Of a stretch of DNA of 64,000 nt, positions 11,551 to 25,931 are shown one piece after another (within the stretch, counting starts at the first letter, position 1; the number at the start of each line of letters is the position of its first letter). The stretch lies in NCBI GenBank assembly GCA_951406725.2, contig OX597831.1:23374001-23438000 (forward strand), read 5' to 3'. Source of the stretch: Octopus vulgaris. Its lineage: Eukaryota. Position numbers and translations under genes: made by a program. The notes beneath the pieces were generated by a model, which saw only the letters and a program-made list of their open reading frames with translations, was not told where the DNA came from and made no database searches.

Positions 11551-12442
11551 GAATTGCATATATATACATATGTATATACATGCATGTATATGTACATGTA
11601 TTTGTATGTATATTAATGCATGTATATGTATATATATATATATACATACACACATACATATATATATGTATGTACATGTATATGTATGTATATTAATGCA
11701 TGTATGTATATGTATGTATGTATATATCTATGTATATATATGTATGTATGTATGTCATTCAGTTTTATTTCAAGATTTCTTGCCAATAAAGAGCCAGTTT
11801 CTAATCCCGATGCAAGACTTCTTTATTGGAATTTCAACATCAGGTTATTTTTGTATATATATGTATATGTGCAGATTTGTATGCTTTGTTTTATGTATGT
11901 GTGTATGCATGCATGTATGTATGTGTGTGTGCTTCCGTGTGTTTGTGTGTTTGTGCATGTGTGTAAAATGCAATAAGCTTTAAAAAGTAAACAAAACAAA
12001 AAAGAATTACGCATCGAGGTGCATAATCCTAAGATCACCACATCATGCTTCTACAGTTGTCAAACTTGGACGTTCTATTTCCGACACTGAGGTCTATTCA
12101 AGCTATCTGAGTAGCCCGCCTTCTACATTCTATTCAGTCAGCAATATACATCAGTTGGCAACACATCTTCAGTAAACAAAAAAATGTTCTTTCAAGATAA
12201 AAGAACTAAAAATATTGAAGCTAAAATTCTCTAGGTCCAGTCTTATTGATCTTAGCAAATTATCTGATTGGAAGAGAAGAGAAACCTTAGACAGCTGTTT
12301 TCACAAACTCCTACTTAAATTTGAAATACGATATATTGAAGACATAAAGTTAATTGCAAGGCCATCCCTAGGTGGACATGTTGAGACAGCTACAACAAAT
12401 ATGATAGTCTTGTGGTTGGCAAAACCTGGAATATGTTTTATC

Positions 12443-12700
12443 TTTTATCTTCTGTATTACATTTGTTTCAGTCACTAGACAGGATCCATGCTGGAGCACC
12501 ACCTTTAAGGATTTTAGTCAAATTAATCGACACCAATACTTTTTTGTTGCTGTTTATTTATTTTTCAGTGTAGTACTTATTCTATTGGTTCTCTTTTGCC
12601 AAACTGCAAAGTTATGGAAATGTAAACACACCAACACTGGTTGTCAAGTGGTGTGTGTGTGTACATTTGTGTGGTGGGGATAAACACACACACAGACACA
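12443..12700 (-). mobile_element. SINE family A, 3' half, diverged
   Basis: tgtttcagtca..ccatgctggagcacc..gtaaacacaccaacactggttgtcaag. Confidence 0.75.
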
Positions 12701-12922
12701 CACACATGTATATAGATACATATATAATGACACACATGGTTTTCTGGGACTATTCTTTTCCTTCTCTCTTGACCTTTCCGCTTTCCCCTTTTCGATGAAG
12801 AGCCCATGCTCGAAATATCACAGCCTCTCTTTTTGTCATCTTGAACTGAGAATCAGTCCAATACATTCACTTATTTTTGTTTTTATTTTTGCATTTTTGA
12901 GGGATTTGTTTATATTTATATA

Positions 12923-13322
12923 TCATCATCATCATCATCATCATCATTTAACATCTGTTTTCCATGCTGGCATGGGTTGGATGGTCTGACTGAAAACTAG
13001 TAAGCTGGGGTACTGCACTAGGTTCCATTCTGATTTGATGTAGTTTCTACAGCTTGATGCCCTTCCTTGCGCCAACCACTCCAAGTGTGTAGTGGGTGCT
13101 TTTTATGTACCACTGGCATGGGTGCCAGTTATGTAACACCAGCATCAACCATGACTATGATCTCACTTGGCTCAATAGGTCTTGTCAAGCAAGGTATATC
13201 GCCTAAGGTCTCAGTCACCTGTTGCTGCCTCTGTGATGCCGAACTTTTGAATGGTGTTTTTTATATGCCATCGGCACAAATACCAGTTTTGCAACATTGG
13301 CACCGGCCATGACTATGAATTC
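12923..13322 (-). mobile_element. RTE LINE 3' end
   Basis: (CAT)n tail plus ttaacatctgtttccatgctggcatggg; the minus strand near 13175-13245 encodes a degenerate GITEAATGD*DLRRYTLLDKT. Confidence 0.75.
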
Positions 13323-13331
13323 ATTTATATA

Positions 13332-13742
13332 TACTCTTTTATTCTTTTACTTGTTTCAGTCATTTGACTGTGGCCATGCTGGAGCACCACCTTAAGTGGA
13401 GCAAATTGTCCCCAGACTTATTCTTTTTTAAGCCTATTACTTATTCTCTTGGTCATTTTTGCTGAACCACTAAGTTACAGGGACGTAAACACACCACCAT
13501 TGGTTGTCAATCGATGTTGGGGGGACAAACATAGACACACAAACATACCCACACCCATATATATACATACATATATATGACGGGCTTCTTTCAGTTTCCG
13601 TCTACCAAATCCACTCACAAGGCTTTGGTCGGCCAGAGGCTATAGTAGAAGACACTTGCTCAGTGTGCCATGCAGTGGAAACAAACCTGGAACCATGTAG
13701 TTGGTAAGCAAGCTACTTACCACACAGCCACTCCTGCACCTG
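13332..13742 (-). mobile_element. Full-length SINE family A
   Basis: Homology to the 8500 copy over its whole length. Confidence 0.9.
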
Positions 13743-13823
13743 TATATATATATATATAAATTTTTATTCGTAATGAGATAAAAAACGAAGGCTGTGTAGA
13801 TTTTAGAACATTTATAGATAGAA

Positions 13824-13873
13824 GGTCTCACAGCTGTTTTCAGGATATATATTATATCCCTTCATCGGAGACG
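13824..13873 (-). ncRNA. Degenerate hammerhead-like motif, from a different family than P
   Basis: Minus strand gucu CCGAUGA a gggauaua aua uauauccu GAAA ACAGCUGU G agac: helix I gucu/agac, 8-bp stem II, palindromic helix III. Core U4C and a GUG triplet suggest it is inactive. Confidence 0.45.
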
Positions 13874-13974
13874 GGACCTTAAGTATGATCTATATATAGC
13901 ACTTATTCAGCATTACCTGACACCTTTGGGTCTCAATGACACCATTACCTCTCATAAACTATATAGCTATCTAT

Positions 13975-14005
<31 letters not shown>

Positions 14006-14060
14006 GCTATCTATCTATCTCTCTCTCTCTCTATATATATATAAATATATATATATATGT

Positions 14061-14216
14061 ATACAATGGGCTTCTTTCAGTTTCCATCTGCCAAATCCAC
14101 TCACAAGGATTTGGTCGACCTGAAGCTATAGTAGAAGACACTTAAGGTGCCACACAGTGGGACTGAACCCGGAACCATAAGGTTAGGAAGCAAACTTCTC
14201 ACCACACAGCCACGCT
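14061..14216 (-). mobile_element. SINE family A head
   Basis: Homology to other family A copies. Confidence 0.8.
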
Positions 14217-14626
14217 TTTGTCTATGATTGATATTAATCAAAACATAGGCAACAGGGCAAACAGATCAATATAAAGATCAAAATACATATATATTAATTT
14301 TTTTTTATCCGGCAATCACCTGGGAAAAGCAGTGTAGCCAATTACGGTCAGAAGATATGAAATAAACAGCAAACAAACATTATTAGAAAATATTGAATTG
14401 ACAAAAATATTCATAAAAGGAAGTGTGTTTAGCTGGGTGGGTGGGAAGAGATCGGTTTGATATTTTTTTTTTGATTTTTTTTTTTGGGGGGGATTTTTTT
14501 TTGTTGTTGCCATTGAATATTCTATTTCTAAACTTACACCTAACATTGTATAGAATTGAACAGTAAACCTGACACGACACACTTAGAGAGGCCAACTGAG
14601 TAGATAAGTGTACATTATATTAATGT

Positions 14627-16500
<1,874 letters not shown>

Positions 16501-17111
16501 CTACCACAACATTTACCCACCCATCCTCCGTTACCATTAAAGTGAGATACCATTTTATCATTCCATCCACAAATGCACTCATTTTTCATTAACAATTTGC
16601 AAAAACAAGAACACAAAATCATAAACTTACCAAATTAGGTTTGTAGCTGTATAAAAATGATTTGTAAGTGAAGCATGACAGAAAATTATATCGCAATAAT
16701 AATTTAATAATGAAAATATATTCTGAAAACTTTTATAATGATCGCTCTTATCATCCTCAACAGAAAACATCAACATTATTAATTTAATATTATTGCGATA
16801 AAAGAAACCCTTATTATTGTTATTTTTGCTATTTTCACCACCTCTTCCATCGTCATCATCATCAGCATCGTTTGTTTTTGTTATGGAATTTTTTTTTGGT
16901 TTTTCTGCTTTTTTTTTTTTGCCGCTTTCAAATATGTACTCTTTGCAAATATAATTCGCGAGAAGTATCTATAATTTTTCATGCACATAGTTTATGGATT
17001 GGTTGTAGAAAACAGTGTCATTTATTATGTGTGTAGCAGATGTCAAAGGCTACAGTTGGAATGTTAGAAAGGGAGGGAGACAAGAAGGTAGCAAGTTATG
17101 TAGGGGGTTTA

Positions 17112-17308
17112 TTAGTAGATCGGTAGGTAGGTAGGTAGGTAAGTAGGTTGGTAGGTAGGTAGGTAGGTAGGAAGAGAGGGAGTTAAGTAGGGATATTGGT
17201 AGGTAGATAGGTAAGTGGGAAGGTAGGTAAGTAGGTTGGTAGGTAGGTAGGAAGAGATGGAGTTAAGTAGGGATATTGGTAGGTAGATAGGTAAGTAGGA
17301 AGGTAGAT
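17112..17308. repeat. (GGTA)n tetranucleotide repeat with an internal ~80-bp duplication
   Basis: ggagttaagtagggatattggtaggtagataggtaagt occurs twice. Confidence 0.9.
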
Positions 17309-17871
17309 TCTTTGGCAAATTTGCATTCGTTCGTGTTCGTGGTCGCAATTCAATTTCCGGCTGGAAACAACATCAATTAGTTTCCTTGCTAATTCACTTT
17401 GACTAATTTTGGTAAAAGTATCGATCTAATAATGACTTATCATTCTTGATACATCATATACATATGTATACACACATATACACACATTCTTTGTAATTCT
17501 AAGAATTCTAAAAACTGCAGCTGGTTGCATCGATATGAAGCTGTCCAATCGGCCAAAATTTTTGACAGTTTGCATCATCACTGACATAGTATCATTTCCA
17601 TCTGTACCAAAAATGCACACGTATGTGAATGCACACAAACACACACCACATATGCACACACATACCATACACACACACACACACACCACATGCACACACA
17701 CACATACACCATATGCAAACACACATATCACATGCACATACACATATCACATGCACACACACACCACATACACACACACACGCACCACATACACACACAT
17801 ACCACATACACACAGACACATATATTTAAATATATATACATATATGGTTAAAATCTGAATGGTAAAGGGTT

Positions 17872-18268
17872 AGAACAGAATACATAGCCCAGTTTGTGAA
17901 TTGAACTCGCTACTTTGTGTTTGTGAACCCAGTGCTTTCACCACCGCACTATGCACCTATCATTTTTCTCATACAACCACATCATGAAAATATCAAAGTT
18001 ATGAGATAATGCATGATTAATTTACAAGAATATGAATTAATAAGAATTATATGTGACAAAATAATCTAAATGGTAAAGGGTTAAAACTAAAATGTCAGCG
18101 TTTATAAAATCTGGGTACAAGCGGGTGCTGCAAAGTTCCTGGCTTTAAGGGTATCATGAAAGACCTGGTTGGAGGCCCAGACTTCTGAGTTCTTTCACAG
18201 AGCATTGAAAACCTGAAGGACCACTGCAAATAAGTGTGTGAATCTGAGAGGGGAATATATTGAATAAA

Positions 18269-18270
<2 letters not shown>
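17872..18270 (+). repeat. 399-bp direct duplicate of 19670-20068
   Basis: Near-identical; I see 2 substitutions. It spans the junctions of three different transposable elements. Confidence 0.95.
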
Positions 18271-18318
<48 letters not shown>

Positions 18319-19426
18319 TTACAAAAACACACACACACATACATACATATATATGTGTGTGTTTGTGTGTGTATGTCTGCATACACTCACACACACACAC
18401 ATCCATGAACACTCATGCACTCATAATTTGCAAACAGTCATGCATGCATATACTCCGCTGCAAATATGAAATTCCACATTCGCAAACATTCACAATCAAG
18501 TAGAAGCACTCTCACCAATTATGCACTTATTCTGATGCACTCTTGCACTCTTGCAGCACTCTCGCACTTCCTACCACCCTTCCTACATACGTTATTGCAT
18601 GCCTGCACATTCGCGTTCTCGCATGATAGAATGCTGAGGGAAAGAAAAGAGATGTGTGGTGGATGACGGTTGCTGTAAAGTGTCTGGAAGTTCCAAGAAG
18701 CAGACGCTAACACGGGGAGTGGGGAGGGGGGGGAAAGTGGTTGGGTAGAAAGTCATGCAAAATATTATATTTATCGTATTTTCATTGCCCCAATTAATGC
18801 TGTTTCTTGCTTTCTAAACCATCACAGCACTCTAAATAACTCGCAAAGACTGACCCGCTTGTTGAAAGATCAAGCCATTGCAATGCAAGAAAAACTTCAC
18901 CACCACCACCACCACCACCACCAACGACAACAACAACAACAATAATATTAATGATTTCTAGAAAGTGTATAATAATATCATTAAGTTGATATGGTTTCAG
19001 AATTTGTTTCTGATTCTTCCTAATGTTAGACTAGAGTACTTTTCTGTTTGCTAGTTTTGTCCTTTATAAATTTCTGTTTTACCATATAAACACGTGAGCC
19101 TCTGCATTTATACTATTCCTGCTAGAAATAGCAGCCAAATCTTCTTCATAAAGCAGATTGTTATCTTAAAAATGGAACAACAAACTCGATACTATAGTTC
19201 TGTTATGGGGATAATAGTAATAATGGTACACCCTCCCATGTGACGAGTGATATGTGCTAGTCATTATAAATACTGTTAGTCAGTGTTAGTAGAGAGTATA
19301 AAGCAGACAGTCATAAATAGTTGTGGTCTTACTTGTCAAACTGACTATGCTGCTATACCAGATATTCTACCTTGTTTTATATTAAAACTGGCCACATCCA
19401 GCCTTTCATACCTAGCCTATAAAGGA

Positions 19427-19757
19427 ACCCCACTTCAGTCATGAATGACCATGGGATTGCACCAAGAAAGTTCCCTTCCAAGGCACAAGTCCAGGCAAGG
19501 TTGTTTATGGAAGACCAGCAGTTAGCCATGCATACCAGCTTCTTTTCTTCACACCATTGATGTTATCCAAGTCGAAGGCAAAAGCCAATACAGCTTGGCA
19601 CCAGCGACACTGCAACTCATTTCTACAGCTAAGTGAACTGGAGCAACATGAAATAAAGTGTCTTGCTCAAGAACAGAATACATAGCCCAGTTTGTGAATT
19701 GAACTCGCTACTTTGTGTTTGTGAACCCAGTGCTTTCACCACCGCACTATGCACCTA
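19427..19757 (-). mobile_element. tRNA-derived SINE family C inserted in a piggyBac-like MITE
   Basis: gtcatgaatgaccatgggattgcacc...gtgaactggagcaacatgaaataaagtgtcttgctcaag; the MITE continues on both sides and ends aaagggTTAA at ~19882. Confidence 0.85.
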
Positions 19758-19914
19758 TCATTTTTCTCATACAACCACATCATGAAAATATCAAAGTTAT
19801 GAGATAATGCATGATTAATTTACAAGAATATGAATTAATAAGAATTATATGTGACAAAATAATCTGAATGGTAAAGGGTTAAAACTAAAATGTCAGCGTT
19901 TATAAAATCTGGGT

Positions 19915-20135
19915 ACAAGCGGGTGCTGAAAAGTTCCTGGCTTTAAGGGTATCATGAAAGACCTGGTTGGAGGCCCAGACTTCTGAGTTCTTTCACAGAG
20001 CATTGAAAACCTGAAGGACCACTGCAAATAAGTGTGTGAATCTGAGAGGGGAATATATTGAATAAAATCATAATTAACTGGTCCATCTGTACTTTCTTTT
20101 ATCCAAACTCAGAAGCTTTCGAGCCCTCCTTTGTA
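19915..20135 (+). mobile_element. Tc1/mariner-derived MITE
   Basis: TIR-like tacaagcgggtgctgaaaagttcctggcttt and internal ENLKDHC..KCVNLRGEYIE* (mariner transposase C-terminus); homologous to 35883 and 52520. Confidence 0.8.
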
Positions 20136-21235
20136 TCTGAAACAGTGAAATAAATGATTCAGTATTTTTCTCAGTACAGCTGTAAACCTAAATGTTTATA
20201 TATCCTTGTTATTTGCATCTGATGTTAAAAAGATTCTCACTCTTGTTCCAAAAGATTGTGGCTTAATTACAATTGAAGATCAAAATATATTTTATAGTGC
20301 TTCTTGAGAACAATAGCATAGTTTGTAACATATCTAACGGATCAATCAGTATTTCAATGCATTTCTAATTGCAAGAATGTGTATAGCCTATGGACCAGGG
20401 TTCCTTTCTCAGTATTCCTGGGTTCCAAATTTCTGGTGAAAAAAAAAAATTGCAATCAAGAATTCTCAGGATTTTATTTTCTTTCCTAAGACTTCTAGTT
20501 ATTTAAAATCTAGATCATCTTAGATCATCTAAAAGAGCTTGGTTGGTTCAGTAAATGGTTTTTTTTATGCCATTTGATGACAATTCACAATAGCATTTGT
20601 TCTGAAACTAGAGCAAGTGAAATAAGGAAATAGACAGACCTCTTAAAAAAAAAAGTCCACCAACAGAAAATAATCTTCATGGAAAAAGACAGACCAAAAT
20701 GATGTGAATACAGTACCCACATTAATTGCTATTGATGGATATTTTTTCTAGAAATGCAACAGTTGAAAGTGATTTTGTTAGGGAAGCTATTACAGACAAA
20801 GGTTTGGCATTAACAAAGAACGGTTCTTATTTAACACAGATGATTCAACATTAATATGATTTTTAAAAAAATATTATAATATGATTAGTAAAATAACAAA
20901 GAAGAACTCTGAAAATTTCTTTGGGTGAATATAGAAACATATTCTGAAAATATATTTTTAGATGAATATATATTATCTTTGCATAATCACAGATATTTGA
21001 ATGTGTATGTGTGTATGTGTATATATATATACACACACACTTACACATACAAAATTTACAATTTAAAGGAATCCAGGGGAATAATTACAAGGTAGCTAAA
21101 TGTTGCTTAAGTGCCCCTGGATTTAAATCCGTGATAGTAAGTTGTATTTAGTAGAAAATAGGAAAAAATGAACAAGGAGACAAACTCTCAAGATGTTGTT
21201 AAATATCCTGAGAATTTGTCTCCTTGTTCATTTTT

Positions 21236-21291
<56 letters not shown>

Positions 21292-21622
21292 TATAATAAT
21301 AATAATAATAATCATAAAGGATAAAATCACAAATGATTTTTACCAAGTGGTCAGTGTAGAAATTAAACCTCAGAGGTAAATTTTATAGTTATATACATAA
21401 CGATGAAGGCAAAAGTTAATGTTTTTTATTACTTTAAGCCTGAAACACGATACTGTATGTATTTAACCAAAGTTTTAATTCATTTTCTTTCTTCTACTAG
21501 CCTATTATGTAGTGTGTTTTTCTCAGAAAATTTATGGTTGTAAAAGTGTCTTTTGACATATATTTTTCAGTGTGTGGTGAGGTGCAAGCCAAACCCTTGT
21601 TATAATTATGTATATAATTATA

Positions 21623-21654
<32 letters not shown>

Positions 21655-21759
21655 ATACTCCTCTTGTAAATTCAGAAATTTAGGAATGGTTAGAATTGAT
21701 GGAGGTTTATCTGTTGAAATCTTTATAGAACTTCCAGAAATAAAAGCTTCCTGGATCAT

Positions 21760-22095
21760 AATCATAATTTAACATTTGTTTTCTGTGCTGGCATGGGTTA
21801 GAGAGTTTGAGTAGAACTAATAAGCTGGAGAGCTGTCCCAGGCTCCACACTGCTTTATCTTGGTTTCTATGGTTGGATGCCCTTCCTAACGCCAACCACT
21901 CCAGGAATGTAGTGGTATCTTATACATGTCACCAGCATGGGTGCATTCTGTGTGTCCCTGGAACAGGTGCTTTTACATGTCACCAACACTGGCCTTAATT
22001 ATGGTTTCACTTTGCTTGACATGTCTTCTCCAACACAGCAAATCGCCAAAGGTCTCCATCACTTGTCATTGCCTCCATGATACTCAGCATCCCTA
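21760..22095 (-). mobile_element. RTE LINE 3' end nested in the hAT fossil
   Basis: Minus strand MLSIMEAMTSDGDLWRFAVLEKT followed by the 3' UTR ggatgcccttcctaacgccaaccact motif. Confidence 0.75.
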
Positions 22096-22098
22096 GAT

Positions 22099-22501
22099 AC
22101 TCTTACTCTTTTACTCTTTTACTTGTTTCAGTCATTTGACTGCGGCCATGCTGGAGCACCGCATTTAGTCGAGCAAATCGACCCCGGGACTTATTGTTTG
22201 TAAGCCCAGTACTTATTCTATCAGTCTCTTTTGCCGAACTGCTAAGTTACGGGGACGTAAACACACCAGCATCGGTTGTCAAGCAATGCTAGGGGGACAA
22301 TCACAGGCACACACACACATATATATATACATATATACGACAGGCTTCTTTCAGTTTCCGTCTACCAAATCCACTCACAAGGCATTGGTCGGCCCGGGGC
22401 TATAGCAGAAGACACTTGCCCAAGATGCCACGCAGTGGGACTGAACCCGGAACCATATGGTTGATTAGCAAGCTACTTACCACACAGCCACTCCTGCCCC
22501 T
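22099..22501 (-). mobile_element. Full-length SINE family A
   Basis: Homology; tail (tactcttt)n on the plus strand. Confidence 0.92.
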
Positions 22502-22579
22502 ACACTATAATGTAATCTTGATTTTGAAAAAAATTCAGATGCAGTTGTAACTGATGGAGTAAGTGGCCGTTGTTAAATT

Positions 22580-23326
22580 CTTTGTAAGCATTGTGCTAAG
22601 CACATGGACTTCATGTGATGAAGCTAATTCAATGACTGATAACGGATCTGAAGGTCCAATATGTGGATGATGATCAAAATGTAGATTCTGTAATTGTAAT
22701 TCAAATATGGCTAATAATTATATTGATTAGCAGTAAAACTGAACTTGATGAAATAGCTGCTATTACCAAAGACACTGACGCTAAAGAAAATTCAAACATT
22801 AGCAATGTCATAAAAAAAAGTGAGACTTTGTAAGCATTGTGTTAAGCACATGGACTTCATGTGATGAAGCTAATTCAATGACTGATAACAGATCCGAAGG
22901 TCCACTATGTGGATGGATGAGGATCAAAACGTAGGTTCTGTAATTGTAATTCAAATATGGCTAATAATTATATTGATTAGCTCTGTAAAACTGAACTTAA
23001 TGAAATAGCTGCTATTACCAAAGACACTGACGCTAAAGAAAATTCAAACATTAGCAATGTCATAAAAAAAAGTGAGACTTTGTAAGCATTGTGTTAAGCA
23101 CATGGACTTCATGTGATGAAGCTAATTCAATGACTGATAACGGATTCGAAGGTCCACTATGTGGATGAGGATCAAAACGTAGATTCTGTAATTGTAATTC
23201 AAATATGGCCAATAATTATATTGATTAGCAGTAAAACTGAACTTAATGAAATAGCTGCTATTACCAAAGACACTGACGCTAAAGAAAATTCAAACATTAG
23301 CAATGTCATAAAATAAAAAGTGAGAC
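22580..23326 (+). repeat. Three tandem copies of a ~250-bp unit
   Basis: Units start ctttgtaagcattgtg at ~22580, ~22826 and ~23077 and end ...agtgaga(c). Confidence 0.95.
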
Positions 23327-23800
23327 CAGTTGTTGCTTTATTTATTGGGTCTCCGACAAAAATTGAAATGCTTCAGTAATATGTTAAGCAGGAGCACGGT
23401 CATGAATTGTAATTAATCGATGATACTAAAATAAATGGAAATAGACAATTGTTGTTATTTAAAGCCGTATTACAAAAGTTATATATGATCAATATAAAAC
23501 ATCGTCTTAACTTTTCAGACAATGAATTCAATGCCATTCATGCTGTCGCATCAGTAATGAAACCAATTAAAACTGGAGCCAGGAAATTAGGTCAGAGGGA
23601 TGTTACCCTGGTCTCCACTGAAGACATGTTTTGTGTTCTTTTTTTTTTTTTTTTTCTTTCTGGAAAATTGAATTGGTAAAGAACATCAACGTCTGTCTTG
23701 TAGGAAGACTAGATCAAGATAAGGATAAAAAAAATAAAGGAATAAAAATATGATTGGATTCATGACAGATTTATATAATCTTTTATCTTTTAAAAATCTG

Positions 23801-23840
<40 letters not shown>

Positions 23841-23894
23841 TTTAGATGCTCTTCAATCATTTCTTACTTTGCCATCAGGAATATTTGTAAAATA

Positions 23895-24325
23895 GGTGAA
23901 GGCATGGCTGGGTGGTAAAAAGTTTGCTTTCCAATCACATGGGTCCAAGTTCAGTCCCACTGCATGGTACCATGGGCATGTGTCTTCTACTATAGCCTTA
24001 GGCTGACAAAAGACTTGTGAGTGGATTTGTTAGTCGGAAACTGAAAGAAGCCTGTTGCATATATGTGTATGTGTGTGTGTGTTTCTGTGTGTACATGCCT
24101 TTGTATCTGTGTTTTTACCCCTCCATTGCTTGACAACTAGTGTTGGTGCTTAAACCCTGTAAATTAGCAGTTCAGCAAAGGAGACCAAGAGAATAATTTC
24201 CCTAGCCTAGAATAAAAATAAGTGCTGGGGTCAATCCATTTGTCTAAAAGCCCCTTCAAGGCCGTGCCTCAGCATGGCCACAATCTAATGACTGAAAAAA
24301 GTAAAAGATTAAAGATAAAAGAAAA
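23895..24325 (+). mobile_element. SINE family A, older subfamily
   Basis: Homology to family A with a diverged head (ggtgaaggcatggctgggtggtaa). Confidence 0.85.
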
Positions 24326-24599
24326 AGGACATTCGACTTTTTGCCGGAAGGGTTTCCTATTTCCCTGTTCTGAATCCAAACCCTTCATAATTAAAATGGC
24401 AACCCCATCAAAACAAACGGCCCTGTTACAAAAGTTAACTTTTGGCAGAAGCAAACCTTTGAAAAACAATCAAGAAAGCTTCCAATTATCTTATGAACCA
24501 AAAGACATTGTCAAAGAGATGGAAATGTTTGAAATTACTGGACATAGAAGTGTTAACTTGCAGAAATTGTTCCTTGTCCTCAATATTAGGTCTTCAATT

Positions 24600-24780
24600 C
24601 AGGTGGTGAGCTGGCAGAATCATTAGCACGCTGGGCAAAATGCTTTGCTGTGTTTCTTTTGTCTTCGCATTCTGAGTTCAAATTCTGGCAGGATCGACTT
24701 TGCCATTCATCTTTTCAGGGGTTGATAAAATAAGTACCAGTTCAATATTAGGGTCCATGTAATTGACTTAACCACTCCCG
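24600..24780 (+). mobile_element. SINE-like family H
   Basis: gagctggcagaatcattagcacgctgggc..ttctgagttcaaattc..gactttgcc.ttcatc..gataaaataagtaccag; more than 10 copies in the window. Confidence 0.8.
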
Positions 24781-24925
24781 AGAAATCTTTGCTTATTTTA
24801 AGCCTGGTGCTTATTTTATAGATATCTTTCACTGAACTACTAAGTTATGGGATGTAAACACACCAAAACTGTTGTCAAGCAGTGGAGGGGATAAACACAA
24901 ACAAACACACACACACACACATATC

Positions 24926-24963
<38 letters not shown>

Positions 24964-25692
24964 GTGTGTGTGTGTGTGTTTCTTTATTGAAATGATGAAA
25001 GGGGAAGTCAACCTTGGCAGAATTTGAACTCAGACTGCTAAGTTGGATAAAACACTGCTAAACATTTTGTCCAATGTGGTAATGATTCCGCCAGCTCACC
25101 GACTATCTGTTTATCTAATGCAGATCAACATTCTTTTAAAGATAGTATATTGTGATTTTGGTAAGATTTGGCTGCTATTTCTACCAACTCGGTCGACCAA
25201 ATAGAAGCTTGCATATCAACTCACTTCTAGCAAGATTGGCACAGTTGATGCTTAATATGTCTGCGTGTGTAACTTTATATTTTAGATAAAGTCAAACCAT
25301 CAAATATAGACGGTAATTCTTCTTGAGAGAGAACAAAAGTCTTAGTGCCAAAGTTTGCATAAAAACCGAAATCCTTGCCAATTTAATTTCTTTTATTAAT
25401 CTTCTCTTTGCATGTTTTATTTTGTTTAGTAGTTTAAACTATATACTAGTATCCAATGTTTAATACAAAGTTGCAGCTAACCGTTGAGATAGATATGTAT
25501 GTTTTGTATACTTGTACAAGGCTATTTATTCCACACAATCAGACACACACTGTCATATCTCTGAATTGTTACCTGCTTGACCAATGAGGTTTGAGCAAAT
25601 GGGGCTATCCCACAACAGGCTATTGTTAGTCTTATTGTGTTGGGATAGGAACATTACATACAATATGCATACACATGCATATATATACATAC

Positions 25693-25755
<63 letters not shown>

Positions 25756-25767
25756 CAGGAGTGTCTG

Positions 25768-25931
25768 CAGGCACAGAAGTGGCTGTGTGGTAAGCAGCCT
25801 GCTTACCAACCACATAATTCTGGGTTCAGTCCCACTGCGTGGCACCTTCTGCTATAGTCTTCTGCTATAGTCTCTGGCCGACCAAATCCTTGTGAGTGGA
25901 TTTGGTAGACAGAAACAGAAAGACGCCCATC

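Larger units (their letters stand above)
20396..25380 (+). pseudogene. Fragmented hAT transposase fossil interrupted by many insertions
   Basis: Collinear peptide remnants: LIAIDGYF/SDFVREAITDKGL (~20720), FRNLGMVRIDGGLSVE (~21670), DAVVTDG (~22537), AHGLH (CxxH region, ~22600), SPTKIEMLQ*YVKQEHGHEL*LI (~23350), NFSDNEFNAI..MKPIKTGARKLGQRDVTL (~23510), KEMEMFEITGHRSVNLQKL (~24515). Boundaries are approximate. Confidence 0.7.

Noticed and set aside
17490-17605. Minus-strand exon candidate DGNDTMSVMMQTVKNFGRLDSF...
   Set aside because: Acceptor-like site present, but no good donor and no recognisable protein; insufficient support.
22580-23326. CRISPR-like or repeated-exon structure
   Set aside because: Contiguous tandem triplication without spacers, and stop codons in the frame.
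24222-24626. 134-aa ORF
   Set aside because: Chimera of a SINE A tail, a hAT remnant and a family H head.
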